Position numbers and translations under genes: made by a program
IMG/VR virus record: IMGVR_UViG_3300032770_000007
Span: 1-64,000 of that record
DNA from: a virus
Length of the DNA stretch: 64,000 nt
Reading direction: 5' to 3' (one strand)
Notes under the pieces: model-generated
What the model was told of the DNA's origin: nothing
What the model saw: the letters and a program-made list of their open reading frames with translations, nothing else
Database searches by the model: none
Shown: positions 19,139 through 29,079 of the stretch, piece after piece
Numbering within the stretch: the stretch's first letter is position 1
Layout: each line of letters begins with the position of its first letter

Positions 19139-19666
19139 TTATTCTCCAGAATGACTATCATTATTTATATCCTTGTTGGGTAATAGTTCATGAGGATTAA
19201 CTCTTGGTTCTGCAAGAAACTGTTCTTGCGGTACTGATGAATGACCACCATTACCACCATTCAATAATTGACCATGACCAAACTTTCCAAATGTAGGAAT
19301 GCCTTGTTGTCTGGCTGCTTTGGCATCATCCAGTTCTTTGGCTAGTTCTGAAGAAAATGGGACAGAATAAAGTCTTGTTGATTTATCAGAACCTTTACCA
19401 GAAGACTTCATCCACATTTCAATATGCTTTCCTTGACCTTTTATATCAGATATCACGGCATGATCCAAATACTCTACTCTATCCTTGGGCCAATGAGGAT
19501 AGGCTCTACCCATGAGATCAGGGATAGAAAAAGACAAATACAATGCCAATATCAAAGTAAGAGGTATCATGAACCATTTGAGCCAATAACTAACAGGTGT
19601 TCTGATTACGAGATAACCAGCAAACAAAGCAAAACTAGTCAAAAGGATTAGAATAGTATAAATCAT
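19139..19666 (-). CDS. Membrane protein, third gene of a MotA/TolQ-type cassette
   Basis: Two N-terminal TM segments, RLYSVPFS.EL. Confidence 0.6.
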   Translation of the reverse strand: MIYTILILLTSFALFAGYLVIRTPVSYWLKWFMIPLTLILALYLSFSIPDLMGRAYPHWPKDRVEYLDHAVISDIKGQGKHIEMWMKSSGKGSDKSTRLYSVPFSSELAKELDDAKAARQQGIPTFGKFGHGQLLNGGNGGHSSVPQEQFLAEPRVNPHELLPNKDINNDSHSGE

Positions 19667-19667
19667 A

Positions 19668-20318
19668 TCAGAAATCTGTTGTTTGACCTGGTGGTGGTGA
19701 ACTATCTATGAATACAAATGGGTGAAAGTCTGTAGTAATGTTATCAATAGAGCCATCTGGTTCTATATCAAACTGAAAAGCAGTTGCTTCATTATTTGGT
19801 TCATTCAAGGTAACTACTCTGCTATAAACTGGTCTATAGTTAGGATCCAAATCGGTTAGTTGGACAGTAACTGGTACCGGATTCCTATCAACCTCATTAG
19901 TCAGAGTATCAGAATGCCTAGCATAAAACTCTACATTGACCACATATCTACCTGGTCTGCGTTGTCTTATTGAAACAACTTCCTGATTGATATAAAGCAC
20001 TCGAGGATTGCCATCAACCATGACGACATCATTTTGCTGTCCCAGATCATCATGGTCTAGAAATACATATCCATTTTCTCTTTTTCTATAACCTATAGCA
20101 TCATGCTCTGGAGTTAAAATCCATAGGTCTATATCATGAGCAGAGTGATCAGGCCAAGACATTATAACCTGTATTTCTGCTTTTGGATCTACTTTATGTT
20201 GATCTTTCTTGGTATTGATTAGAAGAAAACTCATAATAAACAAAACAAAAACAGCTGCTAGCATGGCAAACAGCATGTCAACATAACTCAATAATACAGA
20301 ATACTTTCCATTATTCAT
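19668..20318 (-). CDS. MotB/ExbD-like single-TM protein
   Basis: SYVDMLF TM helix with conserved Asp, then W.D.S.HDIDLW, LD.DDLG, PG.YVVNV domain. Confidence 0.6.
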   Translation of the reverse strand: MNNGKYSVLLSYVDMLFAMLAAVFVLFIMSFLLINTKKDQHKVDPKAEIQVIMSWPDHSAHDIDLWILTPEHDAIGYRKRENGYVFLDHDDLGQQNDVVMVDGNPRVLYINQEVVSIRQRRPGRYVVNVEFYARHSDTLTNEVDRNPVPVTVQLTDLDPNYRPVYSRVVTLNEPNNEATAFQFDIEPDGSIDNITTDFHPFVFIDSSPPPGQTTDF

Positions 20319-20796
20319 TATGTTCTAGGCCATGTTCTAGATTAACTAATTGCAACTTTGTTAATGTTGCTAGACCTATTCCAACCAATGTTGTTACAAT
20401 GCTGGTAGAAAATCCTTTGGTTAACTGAACTACAACAGTCTTAACAGTATCGACGTTCGTAGTATCAATGTGAGACATATTCTCAGAAAATATTAGCATG
20501 AAGCCTACCAGAGTTCCCATCATACCAATGGCCATCATACTATCTGCTGCAAACCAACAAGGTTTCAAGTGAACGAGATACCAAGGACGTTTTTCGACCA
20601 ATAGTTTATAATGAAGCCAACCTATAAAACTCGATACACCAATAAACAATCCTAGGTTAACCAAAGTTAATCTAGAATGATCTACTGTAAGCAAATATGG
20701 AAACAATAATCCGGTAAACTGAAGTAATAAGAACATAATAGCAATAGCATGAACTATTACATACCATCGCAACAGTGCTATTTTTTGAGTTGTCAT
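20311..20796 (-). CDS. MotA/TolQ/ExbB proton-channel family protein
   Basis: IGMMGTLVGF and G.STSIVTTLVGI motifs. Confidence 0.75.
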   Translation of the reverse strand: MTTQKIALLRWYVIVHAIAIMFLLLQFTGLLFPYLLTVDHSRLTLVNLGLFIGVSSFIGWLHYKLLVEKRPWYLVHLKPCWFAADSMMAIGMMGTLVGFMLIFSENMSHIDTTNVDTVKTVVVQLTKGFSTSIVTTLVGIGLATLTKLQLVNLEHGLEHNE

Positions 20797-21320
20797 TAAT
20801 GAAATCTCCAGCCTACCAAAATCACGTCTCGACCATAGTTAGGCAACTTTGAACCAGCATCAGAGAAATGAGTATATGTAAGAGTTATTGGCCATTTTCT
20901 AAATCTATAATCAATCTGAAGGTTGGCATTAATATTTCCGCCATTATAAGGTAGATAGTTGGTCATGTAGGCAATACCTATTCCTACATCAACAGGACCA
21001 AAACCATCACAAAACAAACCACGAAAAACTAAATTATTGTTATAATCTAATCCTTTGAATGTGCTTTCACCAATAGCTGTCATGCCAAACTGCCAGAAAG
21101 AATGAGGGACAATATTAGAAGGTTCCATAAATTGCAAATCTAGGACCTCTGTTGGTCCTCTGACTGCGGCGCCACCCAAAGAAAACTGTGCATATGGAAC
21201 ATCAAAAGGACTGGCAGCATGGCATTTATGAAGTGCCAAACCGGCCACAATGAGACCAATGAATACTAAAACTGCTATGGTGCCACTTAGACTAAGATTG
21301 AAAGGAAACTGTATTTTCAT
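20796..21320 (-). CDS. PagL-like lipid A deacylase / outer-membrane beta-barrel
   Basis: Signal peptide; C-terminal YTHFSDAG...PNYGRD.....WRF resembles the PagL H-x-S catalytic region. Confidence 0.6.
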   Translation of the reverse strand: MKIQFPFNLSLSGTIAVLVFIGLIVAGLALHKCHAASPFDVPYAQFSLGGAAVRGPTEVLDLQFMEPSNIVPHSFWQFGMTAIGESTFKGLDYNNNLVFRGLFCDGFGPVDVGIGIAYMTNYLPYNGGNINANLQIDYRFRKWPITLTYTHFSDAGSKLPNYGRDVILVGWRFH

Positions 21321-21552
21321 TCAAATAGTCTCCAAATAATATTACCTATTCCCAATCCAAGCAATGAAGAAAAACAGAATAGACTTATAACAAATGGACC
21401 ATAATACCAAGCATTAGGATTAGGATTGATTACGTGATATAATCCAAACATTGACCAACACCAAACTATGCAACCAGAAAATACCGCAAAAAGAAACTGA
21501 AGAAAATCTTTGAAATGTTTTTGCATTTGATCCTCCAATATATTTAGGATAG

Positions 21553-21624
21553 CGCGCGAGGCGGGATTTGAACCCGCAACCGTGATGTTTAGAGCACCCC
21601 GCTCTGACGTTGAGCTACACGCGC
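21553..21624 (-). tRNA. Amber suppressor tRNA (anticodon CTA), CCA not encoded
   Basis: Cloverleaf: GCTC/GAGC D-stem, loop CT-CTA-AA, GCGGG-TTCAAAT-CCCGC T-arm. Confidence 0.85.
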
Positions 21625-21625
21625 A

Positions 21626-22198
21626 TTATTCACCATACAGAAGCATAATAATATCAAAAGCCGCATCATGAACAGGATCATGCTTTATGACCTGATATTC
21701 ATCAAACTCAGGAATAACACAATAACCTCTGGCTGCTGTTTCTTTTGTCAAGGCCAGAGCTGTTCTGAAATCCATCCAATCCCAATAGTTACAAAGTAAA
21801 GGAATATTAAACTGACGACAAAGATTATCAATAATCATTTGATCCAAAGAACCTCTTTGCCAAAAGGTCTTATGACCATTACAATATTGAGTTAGTTGTT
21901 CTAAACCAGTTCTAACTGGCAAATCTGTATCTGTTCTACGAAGGCTTCTCTTGATAGGAATCTCTGCCTGCTTTTTCCACCACTCCAAGGCATCCTTCTC
22001 TACCTTTCTACCAACAGTAACCTGATTATCAGTATTGAATTTTACAAAACAAGAGTTGGTAAGATACTTCTGATATTTTTCATTGACTGTCAAATCAGCA
22101 TCACGTTCTTTATCAGACAAATCAAATGCTATAGCACCAACACTTAGCACCACAGCATTACTTTCTAATCCAAGAGTTTCAACATCAAAACTAATCAT
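21626..22198 (-). CDS. dexA: DEDDh 3'-5' exonuclease (DexA-like)
   Basis: FDVETLG, WQRGSLD, DFRT, HDPVHDAAFD. Confidence 0.8.
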   Translation of the reverse strand: MISFDVETLGLESNAVVLSVGAIAFDLSDKERDADLTVNEKYQKYLTNSCFVKFNTDNQVTVGRKVEKDALEWWKKQAEIPIKRSLRRTDTDLPVRTGLEQLTQYCNGHKTFWQRGSLDQMIIDNLCRQFNIPLLCNYWDWMDFRTALALTKETAARGYCVIPEFDEYQVIKHDPVHDAAFDIIMLLYGE

Positions 22199-22887
22199 TT
22201 TTTCCTGAACTCCAATAATTTATGAGCATACTCTTTCAACATTTGAAAACACTCATCAGAACTCTTTTGAAAGACTTGTGGAATATTACCATTCTCTATG
22301 GCTACTATAATCACACATTTCTGTGGTCGTTGACCAAACAGTTCCTCATACATTACAGAATAAGCACCTGCTTGACAATAATAACCAGTTATCCAATTTT
22401 CTTTCTTAAACTCTGTTGAAGTCTTGAAATCTATAACAGACAAACAATCACTATAATCAGCTATTACATCAGGAGTACCTGCTAATCGCAGTTTATGTGA
22501 ATATAAAGATTTTTCTATCAATCTAACATTATCTATTCCATTTATGGTTGTTAGAACCTGATTGAATAAATGTTTGGTTAGAGCATCCTGTGGTTCTTCT
22601 AGCTGATTCTGTATATAACCCTCAAGAGTAGAATGTAAAGATTTTCCTCTTTTTGTGGTTGCTCTGGATACAGCCTGAACCTTTTCAATGCCCATATTCT
22701 TTTTCCAGGCAGTAAGTGCCTTATTGGGCAATTCATGTAAAAAAGTAGTTACTGAAGAATAGCGTTGTCCTCCAGGAACCTGATATACTCTCTTGCCATC
22801 TGGAGCAGTAATCTGTTCAAGTTTTGGAACTGTAACAAACTGATGATTGAAAGTCTTATAACTCAAAACTCTCTCTTTGGAGACCAT
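22195..22887 (-). CDS. Cas4-like PD-(D/E)XK exonuclease
   Basis: YSSVTT.L, RG..LH, E..LYS....AG..D.I, IDFKTS, Y.Q..AY..M..E. Confidence 0.85.
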   Translation of the reverse strand: MVSKERVLSYKTFNHQFVTVPKLEQITAPDGKRVYQVPGGQRYSSVTTFLHELPNKALTAWKKNMGIEKVQAVSRATTKRGKSLHSTLEGYIQNQLEEPQDALTKHLFNQVLTTINGIDNVRLIEKSLYSHKLRLAGTPDVIADYSDCLSVIDFKTSTEFKKENWITGYYCQAGAYSVMYEELFGQRPQKCVIIVAIENGNIPQVFQKSSDECFQMLKEYAHKLLEFRKK

Positions 22888-23153
22888 TTAGCATTATCAA
22901 ACATATTCTGAGCACCAGGATAGTTATGCTTGATAGTGTTCAAACGTTCCATGAATCTACCATCAGGAGTTACAGTGCTAACAAACATATGAGCAGGAGC
23001 ATCAACGAAATATCTCTCCAGATAACCTTCATATTTGGCCTTGAACTCATCATAATCTCTAATAGGTAACTCTACCTCTATCACATGACCTTCAGGCCAT
23101 GGCACTGGAAACTCTGGGTGTTGTTTACGAACTATAAAAGTGTATGTAATCAT
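22863..23153 (-). CDS. Hypothetical protein (FmdB-like, usual neighbour of the exonuclease)
   Basis: M.TYTF N-terminus, F.E.L..IK..YPG C-terminus. Confidence 0.45.
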   Translation of the reverse strand: MITYTFIVRKQHPEFPVPWPEGHVIEVELPIRDYDEFKAKYEGYLERYFVDAPAHMFVSTVTPDGRFMERLNTIKHNYPGAQNMFDNAKWSPKREF

Positions 23154-23421
23154 AACTCAACCACTTTCTTTATGGTCAAATTTCCTATCCGTGCTAGATT
23201 GAAATATTTACCAAATGTATGAGGAAATATGTCCTCAACTTCGCATTTCCAATGTCTTGTTGACAATTCATTAGCAATATTGACTATTTCATTGAACTTA
23301 TTACGAAGAAGCATAGCTAAATCTTCATCTGATATTACTGAATATGAAGCCTTTTGACATTCCTTACAAGAGGCTAAATTTCCATGCCGACATACTCCAA
23401 TACCAGCTGCTGAAGCATTGC

Positions 23422-23817
23422 TCATTCAAAATCTCTTCTATAGGTATCAAGACCCAGGCTTTCCTTCACATCAGTTAAAGTCTTGTCATCCATTACAACC
23501 AAGTCATTGTCCTTATCCAGAACAGGGACAGCACCATTATCCAAAGACACTGTTGTAGTCTTAGCAACATACTGAGCATTGTTGCTACGATACATTGGTA
23601 CTTTGACCTTTTCACTATTTACTAGCTTATAGGCTGTTACCTTACGACCCGAACGAACAGACTGGACGTCTGCCTTATAGAGTTTCTTCAACTCATGAAT
23701 ATAAACAGGAACTGAATAATACTTGATTCCAAGTGTTTCAGCAATCTTCTGAACTTCTACTGCTTCCCCCGAAGACAACAGGGTCCATAGTTTATAACTT
23801 TGTATCACCTTTGGCAT
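23422..23817 (-). CDS. Putative winged-HTH DNA-binding protein
   Basis: IAETLGIKYYSVPVYIHELKK...RSGRKVTAYKLVN. Confidence 0.55.
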   Translation of the reverse strand: MPKVIQSYKLWTLLSSGEAVEVQKIAETLGIKYYSVPVYIHELKKLYKADVQSVRSGRKVTAYKLVNSEKVKVPMYRSNNAQYVAKTTTVSLDNGAVPVLDKDNDLVVMDDKTLTDVKESLGLDTYRRDFE

Positions 23818-24394
23818 AAATCAAAACTCCTCAAGAACAGTTAATCAATATTTCAAATATCATTATTGGCGCACTTTGTGCACTTATTATCTGCCTTAGC
23901 AGATGGAACACCAGGACAACCACATTTGGGGCAAATATAGGCCATATTGGTGGATAATATTGTCTTTGCCCAATCAATATCAAAGTTGGTAACTTTGCCT
24001 GGGGGGCAAAGTTCTTCCATAATAGCAACTTTCACATCATTAGCAAGCAATACATCATATGCTTCCCTTAGTAAGTTATGAGCACGTTCAAGACGTTCCT
24101 CAAGGTTTCTGATTTGTATATCACCCCAGCCGCTCAAATCATTTCTTCGACGCCAACTATTCATTCACGATCCTCACATTATTCATATGAATGCTATATT
24201 CCGTCTTGCCTCTAACAAAGAGGTAATAATCATCTAGAGTTCCTCTCAACTCCTTTTCCACAAACACATTGTCTGCTTCAGGAGAAGCAATCCAAGGAGC
24301 AAAAGAGGCTAACTTGGTCAGATCCCTGACCACTCCGGTAGAACCCGGATCTACTTTGAACAACTTCATTATTATACCTCCAATATCTGTAAGA

Positions 24395-24913
24395 CTAAAC
24401 ACGAGGATGAACAGGACACTCTAAATCTTCTCTGATCTCCTTACTATTACAAATACAATCAGGATGTTCTGGAACAATTTCTCCAACCGGTTCTTCTGGT
24501 TCTATTACAAATCCTGACACTTCACAATACCTATCCACAATCAAATCAATCAACTTTGGAGCCCTATATGCAAAATTATCTGGAATGTTTAGAACATAGA
24601 TAGGAACTTCTTTACCCTTGAACTCTTTCAATGCTTTCAAATCATAGGCTCTCTCCAAGATTTTCTTATGGGTCTGTTCCATGCATACGATTTCATCACA
24701 CCATTGCATTAAAACTTCATCAGTCCAGATCAATGCATAATCTTCAACAGCACCAGCAGCCCGAGTATTGAAGTTGAAAGGCGCATTACTCAATACCCAG
24801 GCTGCAGTTGGAGAGCGCAAAATACCACCAGAGCACACACAAAGAACTCTTTTATAATCTTCTGGATGTTGGTATTGATTATGACAAGTAGCTATTCTAT
24901 TCATCATTCCCAT
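24395..24913 (-). CDS. Low-molecular-weight phosphatase (CX5R) family protein
   Basis: VLCVCSGGILRSPTA; LNIPDNF. Confidence 0.8.
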   Translation of the reverse strand: MGMMNRIATCHNQYQHPEDYKRVLCVCSGGILRSPTAAWVLSNAPFNFNTRAAGAVEDYALIWTDEVLMQWCDEIVCMEQTHKKILERAYDLKALKEFKGKEVPIYVLNIPDNFAYRAPKLIDLIVDRYCEVSGFVIEPEEPVGEIVPEHPDCICNSKEIREDLECPVHPRV

Positions 24914-25494
24914 TATAAATCTCCCATTTTATCATGATGTGCACGCACTGGTCTCTGACTGAGAATAGCATCAACTTCTTCCCAGGTCCAGAGAGTCATG
25001 TCACTCTTTGGACGACTATCAATACCCACATCCATGCAACGACCTGGTATACCAGGATGCTGCAGATGCCCATATCTAGAATGAATATGACCATAGAGAT
25101 GATATGACCCATGATGGATCTTGTGCCATTCATACATTGGATAATGAAACAGTACAAGTCTCTTTCCATCAATATTGATTTCTCTATAATCAGCAACAGA
25201 CACAAACTTTGATCTGAGTGTGCTATTACTTTGGATTACCTTGTCATGATTTCCATAAACCAAAAACTTCTGGCCTGGCAGTCTATCCATGATGGCAATA
25301 GCTTCCTCTGCTCGGCAAAAGAACACATCACCAAGCATGTAAACAATATCTTCAGGCTCTACCTGAGATTGCCATTTCTGAATCATTAGAGCATTCATTT
25401 CTTCTACCGTTTCCCCTTGTCGAGTAGTTGGGCAGAACTTACGAATATTCTTATGCCAGAAATGGTTATCAGAAGTGAAATAAATCTTGGACAC
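24913..25494 (-). CDS. Calcineurin-like metallophosphoesterase
   Basis: FTSDNHF.H, LGD, GNHD, HYP, LYGHIH. Confidence 0.9.
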   Translation of the reverse strand: MSKIYFTSDNHFWHKNIRKFCPTTRQGETVEEMNALMIQKWQSQVEPEDIVYMLGDVFFCRAEEAIAIMDRLPGQKFLVYGNHDKVIQSNSTLRSKFVSVADYREINIDGKRLVLFHYPMYEWHKIHHGSYHLYGHIHSRYGHLQHPGIPGRCMDVGIDSRPKSDMTLWTWEEVDAILSQRPVRAHHDKMGDL

Positions 25495-26372
25495 TACTTG
25501 TAAAAATCTCTTATATACTGTAAACGATCTTGCTCATTCATACCAATGAAAAAGTCTTGATTAGTTTTGATATGATCTATCAATGGATAAAACTCTTCAT
25601 CAACTGTAGCTTTTGGATTGACACTATTTAACACATCAAAAAGATTAGTCTTGCGTGCCAAAAACTTAGACACTAGGTAAAAAGGAGACTTCATTTTCAA
25701 AGTCACATCATTACCATAAACAACAATGCCTTCCTTTTTATAGCTCTTCATCCTCTCTATCCAAAATCCAAAAGTCTCTGTATCATCCCATTCTGGTCTA
25801 TTAACCAAAAGCTTATCAGCAATATGATCCAAAGCCTCTTCACTCATCATTTGACCACTACTTAGTCTTCTACCACCAATCAAATATGCATCCTGAACTT
25901 CTGGAATAATATGAGGATCAGCGATATCACAAATCTCAAATATGAATGTATATCCTGGTTCTACTACAATATGATCTAAATGGTTTCTGGCCATCCCAAC
26001 ATATTCACTATCCAAAGAACCTGTGGTTGAAATAATCTGACGCCCATCCTCTAACTTTGTTAGACAGGCCATGAAACCATTAATCTTTGAAACAGCTATT
26101 ACCTTTTCCTTTGGATCTATAGTTGTGTTATTTTCCCCATGATTGAAAATCTTTGTAAAAGGCCACACAACAATGTTGTAATCTTTGTCTACAACCATAC
26201 CTCTCATTTCCATGAGCTCAGGACACCAAAGATTATCATAAAATACTTTGCGCTTGTACTTCAAAACATACAAGTCAGGATAAGTGGTAGATTGATGTCG
26301 AGAAACTAACTTTGGATTGGTTTCTACAAACTTTCTAAGCTCATCAGACGTAAACTTCATACTCTTTTGCAT
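25494..26372 (-). CDS. RNA ligase 1 (RnlA-like)
   Basis: PFTKIFN, KINGF adenylation motif, FIFEI, EGIV, LKMKSPFY. Confidence 0.85.
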   Translation of the reverse strand: MQKSMKFTSDELRKFVETNPKLVSRHQSTTYPDLYVLKYKRKVFYDNLWCPELMEMRGMVVDKDYNIVVWPFTKIFNHGENNTTIDPKEKVIAVSKINGFMACLTKLEDGRQIISTTGSLDSEYVGMARNHLDHIVVEPGYTFIFEICDIADPHIIPEVQDAYLIGGRRLSSGQMMSEEALDHIADKLLVNRPEWDDTETFGFWIERMKSYKKEGIVVYGNDVTLKMKSPFYLVSKFLARKTNLFDVLNSVNPKATVDEEFYPLIDHIKTNQDFFIGMNEQDRLQYIRDFYK

Positions 26373-26802
26373 TTCTATAAGTCACAGGACAATCATCAAT
26401 AAAAGCAGAAAGAACTTCATTTGTAGTGAATCTCTTTCTCATATTTTCTAATACTCTTTCTGGGACATTATGAATGTTACCATACTCTTCTAAACATTCA
26501 ATCATGACTACATCAATATTCAATGCAGCGGCCTTGAGCAAATAAGGTTTTAGTTCTGAATATCTAGTAAAGGTATTACTAACGATTACATCACTACCAT
26601 TTTCAAGTTCAGCATAAGTATTCTCTAGACACCAATCATGAGCCTGACCTATGAATTCCCCCACAAAATAATAGTTACCTTCAACATCAGTGAAGAACTG
26701 GTCTGCCTCAAAATGTTTAGCATTATATTCGTGTGCCAATCTTTTTGCTAATGTACTCTTTCCTGATCCTGGTAATCCTCTAACCAAATATAATGTCATC
26801 AC
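26344..26802 (-). CDS. Polynucleotide kinase-like P-loop protein
   Basis: RGLPGSGKST, EAD, AH.WC, VSNTF, HNVP. Confidence 0.85.
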   Translation of the reverse strand: MMTLYLVRGLPGSGKSTLAKRLAHEYNAKHFEADQFFTDVEGNYYFVGEFIGQAHDWCLENTYAELENGSDVIVSNTFTRYSELKPYLLKAAALNIDVVMIECLEEYGNIHNVPERVLENMRKRFTTNEVLSAFIDDCPVTYRNAKEYEVYV

Positions 26803-26811
26803 ACCACCATC

Positions 26812-27171
26812 CTAATTCAACTTGATTTTGCTATTTGCCAACTCTTCAATATGCTTACCCACACCAATCGGATCTACCTGATATTGTTTAATCAACAACA
26901 TCAGCTGTTCAATCTGCTTATCTTTCAGTTCTAGGGCACCAGTATAACTAGCAGAAAGTCTGTTGATCTTTTCCGCTAATTCATCTGGATCTACAGCGAA
27001 CTGCTTGAATCTACTCAGTTCATTAGTCATGTGCGCAATGTTTGGTACTGCTGTACGCCATTGCACTAATTCAGCAACCATTTCTACTGGAGAAAGTTTT
27101 GATACTTCTATCTTGATTGCTTCTGGTTCAAATAGATTTTCAATATTTGCCTGTTCAACTTCGGTGGTCAT
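26812..27171 (-). CDS. Hypothetical coiled-coil protein
   Basis: ORF in operon orientation. Confidence 0.5.
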   Translation of the reverse strand: MTTEVEQANIENLFEPEAIKIEVSKLSPVEMVAELVQWRTAVPNIAHMTNELSRFKQFAVDPDELAEKINRLSASYTGALELKDKQIEQLMLLIKQYQVDPIGVGKHIEELANSKIKLN

Positions 27172-28225
27172 CGTTCCTCTGAATGACGTATGTCATATAC
27201 GCTAAACTCTAAGATATTAATATTTAGACCTACCAAACCGAGCCTAAATCCAGGAGCATGATCTCCCTTGAGCATTAGCATGAAGTCAATATTGAAAAGA
27301 GTTATGAGACTCCAATCCCCAACAAAGGGATGGAATAGCACCAACTCAACAACCTTAAATGTTTTGGGTATTTTCCAGGACTTGATCATCCTTTGCTGCC
27401 TTCAACTTAGCCAAGAGCTTGGCTGTAGTGACCCTGTCTGTCAGTTGTCCAAAGTATCGAACTTGCAACCTGACAGAAATCCTATTTGGATTCCACCAAT
27501 AGGCTTTCAACTGTGGATAGTGTGTGATTGTCATAGTAATGTAATCGCCCAAAATAGCATGAATGCAACCAATACTGTTGTCAGCGAACTTGTGGCATCA
27601 GCCTTTCCTGCACTAATACCAGTAATAATATAACTCAAAAGAGTTGTGCTTGCTAACACAATATAGACCCATAAAAAAGCATGAACTGAGAACATCGTTA
27701 CCTCTTTCTTGAGCCTGGAAGTTTATAGCCACCCTGCTCCTTGCGTTGTTGAACCTTTGAATCAGAAGCTTTTGCCATGAGGTCACGAAAACCTTTCTGA
27801 CGTGCTTCCAATCGACGTTGAATCTTTTTGCCTGCTTTCAATCCAAACCTCCTTCAAGCATTATCAATAACCCACATTAAAAAAGAAACAAACAGAAAAA
27901 TAATCGGCACCGCCAAAACTATAGCAAGAGCATACTTCCAACCCACAATAGGTTCACAGACCAAAAACATGGCTGTCAAAAAAGCGATGCTAAGAAAACT
28001 TAGTGCTGTTCTTGCAATGAACTTTTTAGTCATTCTTTACCTTATACAGTTCTAACTCATCATCCGTATGAGGCTCTGGGTGACCTGGGAAATCATCCCA
28101 GGTCACATTATAGCATCCTTCACCACATGGTCCACAACTCACAATCCCCACAATCTTTCCAGGAGAGTTATAAATCCCCTTGTCCACATCATAGGAACTC
28201 AAAACACGATCACCAACCTTGAACT

Positions 28226-28996
28226 TCAAGGTGCAACCTTCCCATTCAGAACCCAATCACCCTCGGCGGTGAAAGGTGACTTCTCGCCCCAGGGCAGATG
28301 CCAGTGCTCAGCGCAGATCGGACCATAGCCCATGTTGAGGCTGCGTGGGTCACTCAGAGGCAAAGAACAGAAACAGCAGTTTCCGGTCAGCTTGCCATGA
28401 AGGATCGCAGTCTTCTCAGGCTCAGCACAGAACACCTTCAGAAGATCCATGAGCTCCGTCTTCGCATCATTTCCTGCCTGCCTCAGAACCAACTCATGGT
28501 TACCTATGTTGATCCAACCATAAGTCAGCCCATAAGTGTCCCCATTCATGTAGAGACGGCCACGAAACTCATTCAGAGAGAACCGAACCTTGCGAGCATG
28601 CCGGGAAACCGTGCCAGCCGCAAAGCCTGTTGGGTTGTCCAGAAGCAGAGTAATCTTGGGTCTCTTCAGGTGCTGGCGCGCATTAGAGAACATCGCCATC
28701 ACCTTGGTAATATCCACCGTCTCAACAGCCGGAGGGACTGCTACGGCTGCGTTCGTCTTGGCATGGTAGGCATGTGTCTGTGCGATAATCTTCTGCACGC
28801 AGGCCATCTGTTTCGGTGAAGGCTTCTTCACCCGAATCATGTCCTGAGAGAATGCCACCTGCTTAGAGTAGACCTTGGCAGTAAGCACCAACTCATAGAG
28901 TTCTGCCTGTTCTGGAGTAGCCAGGGACACATTCACGTCCTGAGTACCTGTGCTCACAACCACCATGTTACCCATTCTACTCTTGAAAGTCGCCAT
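28226..28996 (-). CDS. DUF6011-like early protein
   Basis: G.CCFC...L.D..S...GYGPICA..W.LPWG; SD GGAG; directly after an early promoter. Confidence 0.7.
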   Translation of the reverse strand: MATFKSRMGNMVVVSTGTQDVNVSLATPEQAELYELVLTAKVYSKQVAFSQDMIRVKKPSPKQMACVQKIIAQTHAYHAKTNAAVAVPPAVETVDITKVMAMFSNARQHLKRPKITLLLDNPTGFAAGTVSRHARKVRFSLNEFRGRLYMNGDTYGLTYGWINIGNHELVLRQAGNDAKTELMDLLKVFCAEPEKTAILHGKLTGNCCFCSLPLSDPRSLNMGYGPICAEHWHLPWGEKSPFTAEGDWVLNGKVAP

Positions 28997-29022
28997 TGTC
29001 TGTCTCCTATCCAAGTAAAGCC

Positions 29023-29051
29023 ATTATACTCTTACAAGGATCAGAAGTAAA
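29023..29051 (-). promoter_or_regulatory. Early sigma70-type promoter TTTACT-N17-TATAAT
   Basis: One of five copies of a conserved promoter box. Confidence 0.8.
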
Positions 29052-29079
29052 GCACTATAAACTGAATGAATACAACATG

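Noticed and set aside
28298-28819. Long plus-strand ORFs antisense to minus-strand genes (also 51967, 52405, 48227, 27268)
   Set aside because: Antisense shadows of better-supported genes, with no motifs.
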